Virus record (IMG/VR): IMGVR_UViG_3300021962_000046
Location: 32,001-96,000 of that record
Reading direction: 5' to 3' (one strand)
DNA length: 64,000 nucleotides
Source of the DNA: a virus
The notes under the pieces are model-generated. The model was not told the DNA's origin. It worked only from the letters and a program-made list of their open reading frames with translations, and ran no database searches. The stretch's first letter is position 1. Each line of letters starts with the position of its first letter. The position numbers and the translations under genes were made by a program. This document shows, one piece after another, positions 1 through 9,430 of the stretch.

Positions 1-1
1 A

Positions 2-925
2 AGTGGCAATGGACAAATTAGCGTAAATGCATCTGGAACTCTGGTTAACTATAACGAAAGAACTATTACACAATATGTGCCAAAAGTAGAAAACATACAA
101 TTTGCCAACATAACAACAGCATCTGGGACAGTTAGCTGGGGATCTTATGATTCTGTTGTTATAGCAAGCGGTTTAAACCAAGCAAATATTGCAAGTTTTG
201 GATCTGGAATAGAAGGTCAAAATTTACTTGTAACAAACAAATCAACAAGTTCATTTTCTCTATCTGACGATGGCAGTACTGGTGGAATACTAATTCCTGC
301 AAATCTTCCAAATATAGTCTTGCATCCAAATACTTCTATTGAATTTACTTATACAAATAACAAATGGAGAGCAAGCAATTTACCACCAAGAAAATCTTAC
401 TTAAAGATGGATTTAACTAATTTCACTCAAGCTACGGGTATTCCAACAAAAATTCAAAATCTGAACATTTCCGATGGTGGAACATTTGGAACAGGATTGT
501 CTTTTGATTCTGTAAATAACAGATTAATAAATGTTGCCGAAAAACCCTTGTCTTTTAAAACATGTTGGAATATGCGTTTTGGATATGGGTCACCAACTAC
601 TGCAACTTTGCCTTCAGCTGTAGCTGCTGAAAGAACTTGTTATGTTGCAATAAACGATAATGTTAATTCAGGAATGATCGCTGGTAGTTCTAAGTCTATG
701 TGCAAAAATAGATTCAACAATGACACAACACAAACTATGTGCAACACAGGTGCTGGTATATTTACTTTGAATAGTGGACAATATGTTTCATTGTATGCTA
801 TTGCTCCATATGATGGAGTTGGTCCAGCCAGCGGATTTTTGACAAGTAGAATAACACCGGGAGAAAATCTTCCTAATTCCTCCCGGTTTGCATCTTCAGC
901 TTGGTGTATTGAACTTTTAAGCTAA
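2..925 (+). CDS. C-terminal part of a putative tail fibre/structural protein (5'-truncated by window edge)
   Basis: Frame is open from position 2 (SGNGQISVNASG...) into the listed 77..925 ORF. S/G/T/N-rich beta-type composition resembling the fibre genes at the other end of the window. Confidence 0.5.
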   Translation, partial: SGNGQISVNASGTLVNYNERTITQYVPKVENIQFANITTASGTVSWGSYDSVVIASGLNQANIASFGSGIEGQNLLVTNKSTSSFSLSDDGSTGGILIPANLPNIVLHPNTSIEFTYTNNKWRASNLPPRKSYLKMDLTNFTQATGIPTKIQNLNISDGGTFGTGLSFDSVNNRLINVAEKPLSFKTCWNMRFGYGSPTTATLPSAVAAERTCYVAINDNVNSGMIAGSSKSMCKNRFNNDTTQTMCNTGAGIFTLNSGQYVSLYAIAPYDGVGPASGFLTSRITPGENLPNSSRFASSAWCIELLS

Positions 926-1579
926 GTTTTCAGAATACACTTTCATTTTATTGAAAATATCTTCGAAATCATTTCTGATAAAGAATGTTGTTCCAACACC
1001 ACTCTTTATTTCAACAGTTTTATAATTTGCTGGAACTACGATCTTATCGTAACTGCACATGCTGACTTCATTTGAATCATGAATGATTACAAAAGGAATG
1101 TTGTTAGCCAATGCTGTATTGGCCAAATCTCCGTTTATAAAAATTGCCGAATCTACGAAAACAACATCAGGATTTTCTGAAGAATATAATGCTTGTGCAT
1201 AACTCTGTAATTCAGAAAGATAAGAAGCATCTACTTTTTCTGGATCTTTCTTTTCAACAATCTGATATTTTACCGCTTCTGATATTGTGTCAGAAACCAC
1301 CCAAAGAACAGAATTCCAATTAGGCAATACTTGCAAAATATTCTTGAAAAAATCGTAATAACTTGGCTGCATGAAATTAGACAAAGCCTCAACGCTTACG
1401 ACTTTGCTGCATTTATCAGCGAAAAACTTAGTCGAATAACCTAGTCCCCATTCCAACAAATTGTTTGGAACATAGAATTTAAAAAATTCTGCCATATGGG
1501 GCAAATGATCTGTATAACGAGTGAATTTTATAATATTTTCATAAACAAAATCTTCTATTTTTTCGAGTTTATCAGTCAT
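917..1579 (-). CDS. Class I SAM-dependent methyltransferase-like protein
   Basis: Motif I-like LLEWGLGYSTKFF, VVSVE, DVVFVDS, IIHD; lies in a glycosyltransferase cluster. Confidence 0.6.
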   Translation of the reverse strand: MTDKLEKIEDFVYENIIKFTRYTDHLPHMAEFFKFYVPNNLLEWGLGYSTKFFADKCSKVVSVEALSNFMQPSYYDFFKNILQVLPNWNSVLWVVSDTISEAVKYQIVEKKDPEKVDASYLSELQSYAQALYSSENPDVVFVDSAIFINGDLANTALANNIPFVIIHDSNEVSMCSYDKIVVPANYKTVEIKSGVGTTFFIRNDFEDIFNKMKVYSENLA

Positions 1580-1593
1580 GTTTTCTCCAAATT

Positions 1594-1623
1594 AAAAAGG
1601 CGCACCCCCTATTGGATGCGCCT
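1594..1623 (-). terminator. Rho-independent terminator-like hairpin
   Basis: aggcgca...tgcgcct stem followed by a T-tract on the minus strand, just downstream of the GT gene. Confidence 0.55.
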
Positions 1624-1631
1624 AAAAATGA

Positions 1632-2510
1632 TTAATTAGACCAAACAGGCTCATCAGTTAGATGCTTGTATTTTTCAAAGCCATCTGGATGAACTTCCAA
1701 AAATCTAACTTTGGCTCTTTCTACAAAGTTTTCTGGCTGATTTCTCTTGAACCAGTTACAAACTGTGTTTGGATTCTTGCCAGTTTCATAATAAGCAACT
1801 AGATAATTATAAATCTTGTCAATAATATCAAGCCTGTAGGTGATTGGCTTGCTTCTTAGGAAGCGATGAATCCATCCCAAAGCAGAATGAAGCATCACCT
1901 TTCCACCATTTCTCCTAACAAGCTCATGGACATATCCTTCCTCACCAGCAAAGCCTGAGAAATTAGGACTAAATCCAGGCCAATATTCTTTTTTCATCAA
2001 GAACATTGCGGTTCCATGCATGGGAATTTCTGAAACTGCTGGTAGTGGCCTGCGTGTATCCCAAATGCCGTAGAAATCTCCACGCCACTTTGGTTCCATA
2101 TGAGTAGCAATGACATCTTTGTTTTCATTGAGCAACGGGCCACACCACATATCCTTGCCAATAAAATTACCATTAATTCCATTCATAATATAATCAATTG
2201 CACCAGGTTGCAAAATAACATGGCTATCAAGCAAAAGAACATATTCACCATCTGCATTTTCAAAAACGCTATTTTTGGCGTGTGCTGGACCTTTTTCTTT
2301 TGGACAATGAACATACTTTGATCCAGAAAGACCACAAAGTTGTTCCAAAGATTCTGTTTTCTTTGGAAGGTCATCACACATTAACAATTGAATTTCTGGC
2401 TTTTCTCTTGAATTTCCTGTATGATACATTCTGAGACAAGATGCTGTCCAAAAGGCACCTTCGATATCATCATGACAAGCCCAACCAATAGTTAATTTAT
2501 ATTTAGACAT
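1632..2510 (-). CDS. Glycosyltransferase family 2 (GT-A fold)
   Basis: LMCDD, GPAHAKN..FENADGEYVLLLDSH (DxH variant of DxD), GFAGEE. Confidence 0.8.
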   Translation of the reverse strand: MSKYKLTIGWACHDDIEGAFWTASCLRMYHTGNSREKPEIQLLMCDDLPKKTESLEQLCGLSGSKYVHCPKEKGPAHAKNSVFENADGEYVLLLDSHVILQPGAIDYIMNGINGNFIGKDMWCGPLLNENKDVIATHMEPKWRGDFYGIWDTRRPLPAVSEIPMHGTAMFLMKKEYWPGFSPNFSGFAGEEGYVHELVRRNGGKVMLHSALGWIHRFLRSKPITYRLDIIDKIYNYLVAYYETGKNPNTVCNWFKRNQPENFVERAKVRFLEVHPDGFEKYKHLTDEPVWSN

Positions 2511-2611
2511 TTGTTTCTCCTATATGTTGGTGTGACTATGCACACATTTTCTTTGAAAATATTATAGCGTCAAAACTATAATAAAAAAAAGACTTAATAG
2601 GAAATATTTAA

Positions 2612-3427
2612 ATGTCAAACTTGCCAACAACTGGATTTATACCCGCTCCTGTTTTTATAAAACCAGAAGAAAAATTTTCAGTATTAAAAAATACAGAAAA
2701 ACCAGCTGTTTCTTGTTATTGCAGCACTTATGGAAGACCTACAAGGCTTCTGGAAAGTTCTATTCAATGTTTTTTGAATCAAGATTATGATGGTCCCAAA
2801 GAGCTTGTTATACTAAATGATTTCAATCAACAAGAGTTGGTTTTTGATCATCCCGAAGTAAGGATTATAAATCATCCCGAAAGAATAAAGCCTCTAGGCA
2901 GAAAATTCAACGAAAATATCAAATTGTGCAAGTATGATATACTTGCCTGTTGGGAAGACGATGATATTTTTCTTCCAAATAGACTTTCTTACAGCATTGC
3001 AAACATGCGTAATGGAATATTCCATACTCATCATGCTTTCTTTGAACAAGCAGAAAAAAGTTTTATAAAATCACAAAATATTTTCCACAGCACACATGTT
3101 TTCACAAGGGAACTTTTTAACCAAGTTGGTGGGTATCCAGAAATAGACCAATGTAGTGTCGATATTTCAATAATGGATAGGTTTAGGCAAGCAGTTGGAA
3201 ATTACACACAAGATATAAATGATACAAAAGATTATGTTTATTGTTATGTTTGGGGTGGCGCACAATCATATCATGGTAGTGGATGGGGAGCCTCAAACAC
3301 AAATGTTTCTGATTCAGCTACAGACATAGTACAGATGCAAATTGGACAAGGCCATGTTCGTACAGGCGTAATAAATCTGGAACCGAAATTAAGATATAAT
3401 TTTTATGATTATCTACCAAGAGATTAA
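2612..3427 (+). CDS. Glycosyltransferase family 2
   Basis: VSCYCSTYGR, FLNQDY, ELVILND, LGRKFN, WEDDD, GGYP motifs. Confidence 0.85.
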   Translation: MSNLPTTGFIPAPVFIKPEEKFSVLKNTEKPAVSCYCSTYGRPTRLLESSIQCFLNQDYDGPKELVILNDFNQQELVFDHPEVRIINHPERIKPLGRKFNENIKLCKYDILACWEDDDIFLPNRLSYSIANMRNGIFHTHHAFFEQAEKSFIKSQNIFHSTHVFTRELFNQVGGYPEIDQCSVDISIMDRFRQAVGNYTQDINDTKDYVYCYVWGGAQSYHGSGWGASNTNVSDSATDIVQMQIGQGHVRTGVINLEPKLRYNFYDYLPRD

Positions 3428-3437
3428 AGGAGATTGA

Positions 3438-4313
3438 ATGTCTAAGTTAGATGAGATTTTTGAAAACAAAATAAACACACCGGGAGATATCTCGGAACAT
3501 CTTTTGACACTTAAAAAATATGCAGAAAGATGTGATGTTGTTGTCGAACTTGGTGTTCGCTGGTTGTGCAGCACCTATGCATTTCTTTCAGCAAGACCAA
3601 AGAAATTGTTGTCATTCGACACAGTACATTACAGGAGTCACGGAGCATCTGAAGAAGATTTAAATGAATCTGTTTCAGAATCGGGCACTAGCTTCGAATT
3701 CTTCCAAGAGAATGTCATCACAACAACAAACATTCCAGAATGTGATCTGTTGTTTATTGATACTCTTCATAGTTACAAACAATTAAAATTAGAACTATAT
3801 CTACATGCTACAAAAGCAAGAAAGTACATAATTTTACACGATGTTGTAACATATGGAAATCAAAACGAAGGAGAAGTTGTTTTGCCTGAAAGTTCTTCAG
3901 AAGAAACAAAAAATTATTTTAATTTATTGGTAGAAAGAAAAGGATTAATGCCAGCCGTAACTGAATTCCTCAATGAAAACAACGAATGGAAAATTTGTGA
4001 ATTTTTCGAAAACAACAATGGCTTATGCGTTTTAGAAAAAGTTCCTGTCAATACTGTAAATGGCTTGCCTGTTACTGTAAATGATGCAACCACAACATTT
4101 GTTGAAACACAAAACAAACCATTTGATACAAACACATGTGTCAAAGAAACGAATGTTGATAGTTCAGAAGTTGTTGCAGAACCAACTGTCACGAAAGAAA
4201 CATATCCAGAATTGCCAGATGTAAGACTTGAAATGCCAGAGAATAATCCAGAGCCACAACCAGAAAAGAAGAGTTTGCTGAAGCGAGTTCTTGGTTGGTT
4301 TGGCTGGAAGTAA
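3438..4313 (+). CDS. Class I SAM-dependent methyltransferase (Methyltransf_24-like) with acidic C-terminal tail
   Basis: VVELGVR..ST, DLLFIDTLHSY, IILHD, NNNGL. Confidence 0.75.
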   Translation: MSKLDEIFENKINTPGDISEHLLTLKKYAERCDVVVELGVRWLCSTYAFLSARPKKLLSFDTVHYRSHGASEEDLNESVSESGTSFEFFQENVITTTNIPECDLLFIDTLHSYKQLKLELYLHATKARKYIILHDVVTYGNQNEGEVVLPESSSEETKNYFNLLVERKGLMPAVTEFLNENNEWKICEFFENNNGLCVLEKVPVNTVNGLPVTVNDATTTFVETQNKPFDTNTCVKETNVDSSEVVAEPTVTKETYPELPDVRLEMPENNPEPQPEKKSLLKRVLGWFGWK

Positions 4314-6308
4314 TCAAGACTTCAAATTATTCAACAATGTTTCGGCCCGTATTCCAGCAATACGGGCTGCTTCATTTATATTTTCCATAATTTTATTTTT
4401 ATCAGTAAAGCCATTTTCATAAAGCTTCTCTGCTTTTATTTTCCCAACACCTTTAATGTCAATAATTTCAACCAGTCTTGCCGGAACACCATGCTGCATC
4501 CTTTTTCCCAGAAGTCTAAAAAAATCTTTCTTGTTCCACTTCTTTGACATTGAATCTATGGCATGTAAAACAGCAACAATCCTTGGAAAATCTTGTTGCA
4601 TATTCTTCATTATTGACGCATATTTCGCATCATATTGACCATACAAAACCTTGTTGTAAAGATAAGCTGTCTTCAATATGTTTTCTGGATAATCTTTTTT
4701 CGCAACACTCTTAACTTTTTTCAAAAAGGAAGACATGGCATATTTGTCATCTTTGTTCAAAGAACCAATAAGATTTTTTGATGTGTTGGATAATGCCAAA
4801 CATACTTCTACATCATCTATGGTTGGTTTTTTAAAAAGAACAGAAAAGTTTCTTGCCCAGCTGGCTATTTGAAGTGGCTCTGCATAGAAAAAAACAGAAA
4901 CTTTACCCAAGCCGGTCAAAACAAAATCCCCGGTAACATCATCTTTCAAAAGTATTCCTGTATTGCACAGTTTCTCAAATGTTATTTCTAGAATGTCTTT
5001 TTTCAATTTCTTGTTTTGGAAAAAAGCCAAAGTTCTTGAGAACCAAACTTCAGCATCTTGTATTGTCTTTATTGTTCCAGAATAAACTTCATAAAGAATA
5101 TGGAACGCAAGTTTTTCATAATCGCCAGCATTAGACAAATCCAACATTCTTGAATGTATTTCTTGCGGTGTCAAAACGATCTTTTGCAACTCCCTTCTTT
5201 TGCTGTTTGGAAAGAAAACATAAGCATCACCTTCGGGATCAAAAGCTGGCCTTCCTGCACGGCCAACCATCTGTAGGATGTCATAAGAAGCAACTATCTC
5301 ATTGCCTCTTGAAATACCCATAATTACAACTCTTCTTGCCGGGAGATTAACACCCCACGCCAAAGTACTTGTTGCAACAATAACACGCATATTTTTATCA
5401 TTCTTAAATGCGTTCTCCAAATTAGCTCTTTGTGTTTTATCCAGATTGGCATTATGAAATTCTGATTTTATTCCACGCCTCATCAATTCTTGTATGACCA
5501 ATTCGCCCATTTTTTTAGTATGAACAAAAACTAAAAATTTATCATTTATAAATCTTTGTATAACTTTGCAACCCTCATCAATTAATTCCAGATAAGGTGC
5601 CCTAATTGCTGATTCATCGTCATAAACACAAGAATGAATGTTTAATTTACATGGCCTGTAAGTACTTCTAAGTATGAAAGTTTCTTTTCCGTTTAAAATG
5701 TAACCCATCCATTTCGCTATATCATCAACATTTGGCATGGTTGCTGACAACAATATTATTCTTGTGGCTGGATTGATTTTGGTTATATTCATCAACGCAG
5801 ATTCAAGGTGATCTCCTCTGCCTTCGACAGTAAGCAAGTGAGATTCATCAACAACAATAACACCACACTCATCGATCCATTTTTTATTTTTCGAAGAAAC
5901 CCTCAATTTATGATTCAACATTTCTGATGTCATAATAATAACATCAGAATCATCAAAGTTAAGTTGTTCGAGATCGCCCTTGTAATCACCTGTAAGGATG
6001 CTTATTTTCAGATCAGAAAAATGATGTTTTTCTGCTGTCCAATCTTGGTACTTTTCGTTTGCCAAGGCTCTCAGAGGGCACAAGAAAATAAATTTCTTCT
6101 TCAATTGTCTTATTGCAAAGCTACCAAACATTTCTGATACAACAGTTTTGCCAGCACTTGTTGATGCTGCCACAAGACCATTGCAATTCTTGTCAACAAA
6201 AGAATAAAGAGAAGATTGAACTGGATTGAATTTTTCAAAAGGAAATTTGGCCCATTTAAATTCTGAAGTTGGGATTAATTCTTGTGCGTCAGTTATGTGA
6301 TTGATCAT
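4314..6308 (-). CDS. Ski2/Hel308-like SF2 DExH helicase
   Basis: Q-motif FNPVQ, TSAGKT, PLRALA, DESH, LSAT, ATSTLAWGVNLPA, QMVGRAGR; C-terminal HhH (IKGVGKIKAEKL). Confidence 0.92.
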   Translation of the reverse strand: MINHITDAQELIPTSEFKWAKFPFEKFNPVQSSLYSFVDKNCNGLVAASTSAGKTVVSEMFGSFAIRQLKKKFIFLCPLRALANEKYQDWTAEKHHFSDLKISILTGDYKGDLEQLNFDDSDVIIMTSEMLNHKLRVSSKNKKWIDECGVIVVDESHLLTVEGRGDHLESALMNITKINPATRIILLSATMPNVDDIAKWMGYILNGKETFILRSTYRPCKLNIHSCVYDDESAIRAPYLELIDEGCKVIQRFINDKFLVFVHTKKMGELVIQELMRRGIKSEFHNANLDKTQRANLENAFKNDKNMRVIVATSTLAWGVNLPARRVVIMGISRGNEIVASYDILQMVGRAGRPAFDPEGDAYVFFPNSKRRELQKIVLTPQEIHSRMLDLSNAGDYEKLAFHILYEVYSGTIKTIQDAEVWFSRTLAFFQNKKLKKDILEITFEKLCNTGILLKDDVTGDFVLTGLGKVSVFFYAEPLQIASWARNFSVLFKKPTIDDVEVCLALSNTSKNLIGSLNKDDKYAMSSFLKKVKSVAKKDYPENILKTAYLYNKVLYGQYDAKYASIMKNMQQDFPRIVAVLHAIDSMSKKWNKKDFFRLLGKRMQHGVPARLVEIIDIKGVGKIKAEKLYENGFTDKNKIMENINEAARIAGIRAETLLNNLKS

Positions 6309-6338
6309 AATTGTATTGTATCAAAAAAACAAAAAAAA

Positions 6339-6362
6339 CAAGCCGGATAAAAATCCGGCTTG
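6339..6362 (-). terminator. Rho-independent terminator
   Basis: Perfect 10-bp stem caagccggat/atccggcttg followed by a long T-tract on the minus strand. Confidence 0.75.
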
Positions 6363-6412
6363 CGATGATTGGATGAAATTGGAATCACCCCCTTAAAATA
6401 AAAAATATCCAA

Positions 6413-6712
6413 TCATGCTAATTGCTCCAGCTTACCACCTCTCTTCTCGTATTCCTTTACACAACACTTGGAAAGTAAATCAAGGCTCCTGTGGAAATCT
6501 TCACTCGTCCTAGATGTTGACAAAATCTTGTTCACATTAAAATCTTCAGAATCTTCATCGAATGTCATCTGCTCAAGGTTCAAAAAAACATCATATAAAT
6601 CATCCTGATATCTCCAATACAACCTACTAGTGATATCTTGCAATTCACTATCAGTCAAAGAATTACAAAAATTTTTAAAAATAACATCAACTTTCTTCTT
6701 GGCACCCTTCAT
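6413..6712 (-). CDS. Hypothetical protein
   Basis: ORF 6413..6784; start moved to MKGAKK (6712), which has GGAG upstream. Confidence 0.55.
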   Translation of the reverse strand: MKGAKKKVDVIFKNFCNSLTDSELQDITSRLYWRYQDDLYDVFLNLEQMTFDEDSEDFNVNKILSTSRTSEDFHRSLDLLSKCCVKEYEKRGGKLEQLA

Positions 6713-6810
6713 CACATACTCCAAGTAAAAATTAGTGTCATAAAGAGACACAAAGCTGAAACATAATAGTGTCATTTTTGACACAATTTATTATATTCAT
6801 AATATAAAAG

Positions 6811-7176
6811 ATGTTCAAATTATCTGACTCAACTGTTATAAATACTATGCAACCTTTTATTAAAAAGGATACTCCTATGAAAACAAATAAAATACAATCA
6901 ATGCTAATCAGTCACCTTATGAAATATGGGACTATTCAGCTAAAATTACCAGATAATGTTACATTAGAAATAGGAATTACAGCGGAGGACAAAGAAGGAA
7001 ATATTAAAAAAACTGAGGACTATTGTTGGGTTATAGCTGCCCAAGAAAACAGGGCTACCTGTTTAGACAGCTACAATATTGGAATTCGGTTTGATGATGA
7101 AAAGAAAGCAATTGTTTTAGATGACAGCTTTATAGACTGCGAGGGGAATCAAATAAGACAGCTAAATGTAGTTTGA
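6811..7176 (+). CDS. Hypothetical protein
   Basis: ORF fills the gap between its neighbours; start uncertain. Confidence 0.55.
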   Translation: MFKLSDSTVINTMQPFIKKDTPMKTNKIQSMLISHLMKYGTIQLKLPDNVTLEIGITAEDKEGNIKKTEDYCWVIAAQENRATCLDSYNIGIRFDDEKKAIVLDDSFIDCEGNQIRQLNVV

Positions 7177-7611
7177 TCATTCAAACAAACAGGCAAATTC
7201 GTAGTTTAGATATTTTTCTGTTCTTATTTCTTTATTGTATGAAAGTTTGTTCCCGTTCATGTCCATAAGACATGTCCAACAACAAACTTGACGACCATCT
7301 TTAAAGAAATTGAAGTATACTATTTTTTCTAAACCTAAAAATGCCGACCCTATCTTAAAGACAACATGAAAAGGCAATGATATCAAATGTTTTGAAAATA
7401 TTTGAACATTGCTGGCTATGTTTTCGTCTATCTCAAACTCTGTATAACTAATACAAACATCATAACCATCAATTTGAAACTCCCATGTCTTATAGGGAGT
7501 TATTTTTACTTCTACTTCAGGCGAAACTCTAGGATATGTAAAAGGACGCAATACCCTTCCAAATATCTTCAACAATCTCACACCGTCTTTAAAAGATTTT
7601 ACTTTAATCAT
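7177..7611 (-). CDS. Hypothetical protein
   Basis: ATGA overlap with the amidoligase stop codon (translational coupling). Confidence 0.6.
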   Translation of the reverse strand: MIKVKSFKDGVRLLKIFGRVLRPFTYPRVSPEVEVKITPYKTWEFQIDGYDVCISYTEFEIDENIASNVQIFSKHLISLPFHVVFKIGSAFLGLEKIVYFNFFKDGRQVCCWTCLMDMNGNKLSYNKEIRTEKYLNYEFACLFE

Positions 7612-8543
7612 TTTTGAACTTCCAAAATATTGATTGAATGATCTATATCATCTTTTGAAAACTCTATTATTTTTTCCCAAACAGGATTTTTCACCCCAAG
7701 TCCATCTGCTTTCTGTGCTAATTTCAATTTTTCAGCAATCCATCCACAAATGTTTTTATCATTGAAAAAACCATCAAAATCCATGAAGCTAATTGTTTCA
7801 GGAAAATTAGCATATGACATTGATTTAATCCATTTTTCCATACTAATGTCCTTTGCTCTTTCAACAAAGCAAATTAAAATTTTACACCAGTTTACAGCAT
7901 CAATAGAATTTATACAAGCATTGTTACCCATAATCCTAAATTCCATAGTTTTTTTTCTTTTTTTCTTATAATGATACAAATTAATTGCATAATACTTATA
8001 TTCACTCAGCCTTCTCAACATATTCGAATAAGTTAAAGCCTCATGTTTATCAAAAATTGCCGAAAAACCTATTGGCTGACAATAATGATTCAACCACCTG
8101 TCATTGTTAGTTAACAAATAAAAAAACAATTCATTTCTAACCCAATTTAAAAAAAGATTCCAAACTTGATTTTCAGACAAATCCTCAATTTCAACATGAA
8201 CATGAAAGCTGCAACGACCATCAGATCTGGCAAATTTACTATCATTTAAACCATCAACAACATCTTTTAATTGATGAATAGCCTCGCTGGCAACCATCGG
8301 TGGACTACATACTTCCAACCCACAACTAGAATCTGGTTTTACAACCCATGCATTGTTATTGTTTGTATATTGCCAACCATTAACATCAACGCTTTTGCCA
8401 ATTTTTTTAGCAATCGAATTTGAATATGAAAAAATACCAACGGGAAGATTGTTTTTATCTTTAGATCTTGAATTATTATCAAGAGCATTGTACTCAAGCT
8501 CCACACCAAATCTTCTATTACACCTATCAAATAAACTATGCAT
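7608..8543 (-). CDS. Putative amidoligase (COOH-NH2 ligase, Amidoligase_2-like)
   Basis: RRFGVELEY, KPDSSCGLEVCSPP, CSFHVHV, KYYAINL, TMEFR motifs. Confidence 0.85.
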   Translation of the reverse strand: MHSLFDRCNRRFGVELEYNALDNNSRSKDKNNLPVGIFSYSNSIAKKIGKSVDVNGWQYTNNNNAWVVKPDSSCGLEVCSPPMVASEAIHQLKDVVDGLNDSKFARSDGRCSFHVHVEIEDLSENQVWNLFLNWVRNELFFYLLTNNDRWLNHYCQPIGFSAIFDKHEALTYSNMLRRLSEYKYYAINLYHYKKKRKKTMEFRIMGNNACINSIDAVNWCKILICFVERAKDISMEKWIKSMSYANFPETISFMDFDGFFNDKNICGWIAEKLKLAQKADGLGVKNPVWEKIIEFSKDDIDHSINILEVQK

Positions 8544-8601
8544 AATTAGAACTCAATTTGCCTTGTTAATATCATTATAGTAGAATATTTAAGGGGCTTT
8601 T

Positions 8602-9078
8602 ATGGCAGATAAATTATGTTTAATGCTTCAATGCAATAATGATAAAAATATTTTTTTATCGAAAAAGTACCTGAAACAATTAATCGAATTCATAAAAGAA
8701 TTTGATATTAAAGCACATTACGCCAAAACAGACCAAAACAACATAATATCAATAGAAAAACTTCCCGAAGTTTTTTGTGACCAATCATATGCTGGTGCAA
8801 GGGAATATAAAATAATAAACAGAAACATTCTAAAAAAGAACAATAATCGTGGAAATATATTGATGAAAGCAAGCGAAATTAGAACAATAATAAAAGAAAC
8901 ACTTATAAAAAATAAAAAGATCTCATTCAAGGAAATCCAAAAACAATTTATTCAAGAAAATATTTCAACCAGCGCACTAAGCAATCATTTCAGCCAAGTA
9001 AGACAAGAATTAGTAAATCGTGGAATAAACATAATAAAAGTAAAAAATGGATTATATGAAATGGAGGAGGGATTTTAA
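8602..9078 (+). CDS. Hypothetical protein, possible C-terminal winged-helix domain
   Basis: C-terminus ISFKEIQKQF...STSALSNHFSQVRQEL..RGINIIKVKNGLY fits a wHTH pattern. Confidence 0.5.
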   Translation: MADKLCLMLQCNNDKNIFLSKKYLKQLIEFIKEFDIKAHYAKTDQNNIISIEKLPEVFCDQSYAGAREYKIINRNILKKNNNRGNILMKASEIRTIIKETLIKNKKISFKEIQKQFIQENISTSALSNHFSQVRQELVNRGINIIKVKNGLYEMEEGF

Positions 9079-9098
9079 TATCTCCCCTCCTCCATTTT
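9059..9098. terminator. Bidirectional terminator between convergent genes
   Basis: aaatggaggaggga...tcccctcctccatttt inverted repeat. Confidence 0.7.
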
Positions 9099-9104
9099 TA
9101 AAAA

Positions 9105-9356
9105 TCAATAAGCCAATTTCTGAGCATTCACATCTGCCAAAACCAAATCAACAAACTCAGAATATGTGATTTCTGGATTTTCTTTTATTTCTATTCTTCT
9201 GCTCGTATCTAATCTATTTTCTATTTCATAAACAACATCAATAAAATCTAAACTATCCATACCAATATCTTTTAAAGGTATGGACTTTTGATCTTGCTCG
9301 ATCTTCTTGCCCAAAACAGTCTCAAAGCAATCATCAATCACTTGTTCGTATTGCAT
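9105..9356 (-). CDS. acpP: Acyl carrier protein
   Basis: LKDIGMDSLDFIDVVYEIE phosphopantetheine-attachment motif; acidic 83-aa protein. True start MQYEQ at 9356 has a GGAGG SD. Confidence 0.8.
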   Translation of the reverse strand: MQYEQVIDDCFETVLGKKIEQDQKSIPLKDIGMDSLDFIDVVYEIENRLDTSRRIEIKENPEITYSEFVDLVLADVNAQKLAY

Positions 9357-9384
9357 ACATCCTCCATGATTTGAGTATACATTC

Positions 9385-9420
9385 AGCAAGCAGGCATAGT
9401 TTAAACCATGCCTGCTTGCT
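9385..9420. repeat. 36-bp near-perfect palindrome between recA and acp
   Basis: agcaagcaggcat-agtttaaacc-atgcctgcttgct (13-bp perfect arms). Confidence 0.8.
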
Positions 9421-9430
9421 TTGTCAAACA

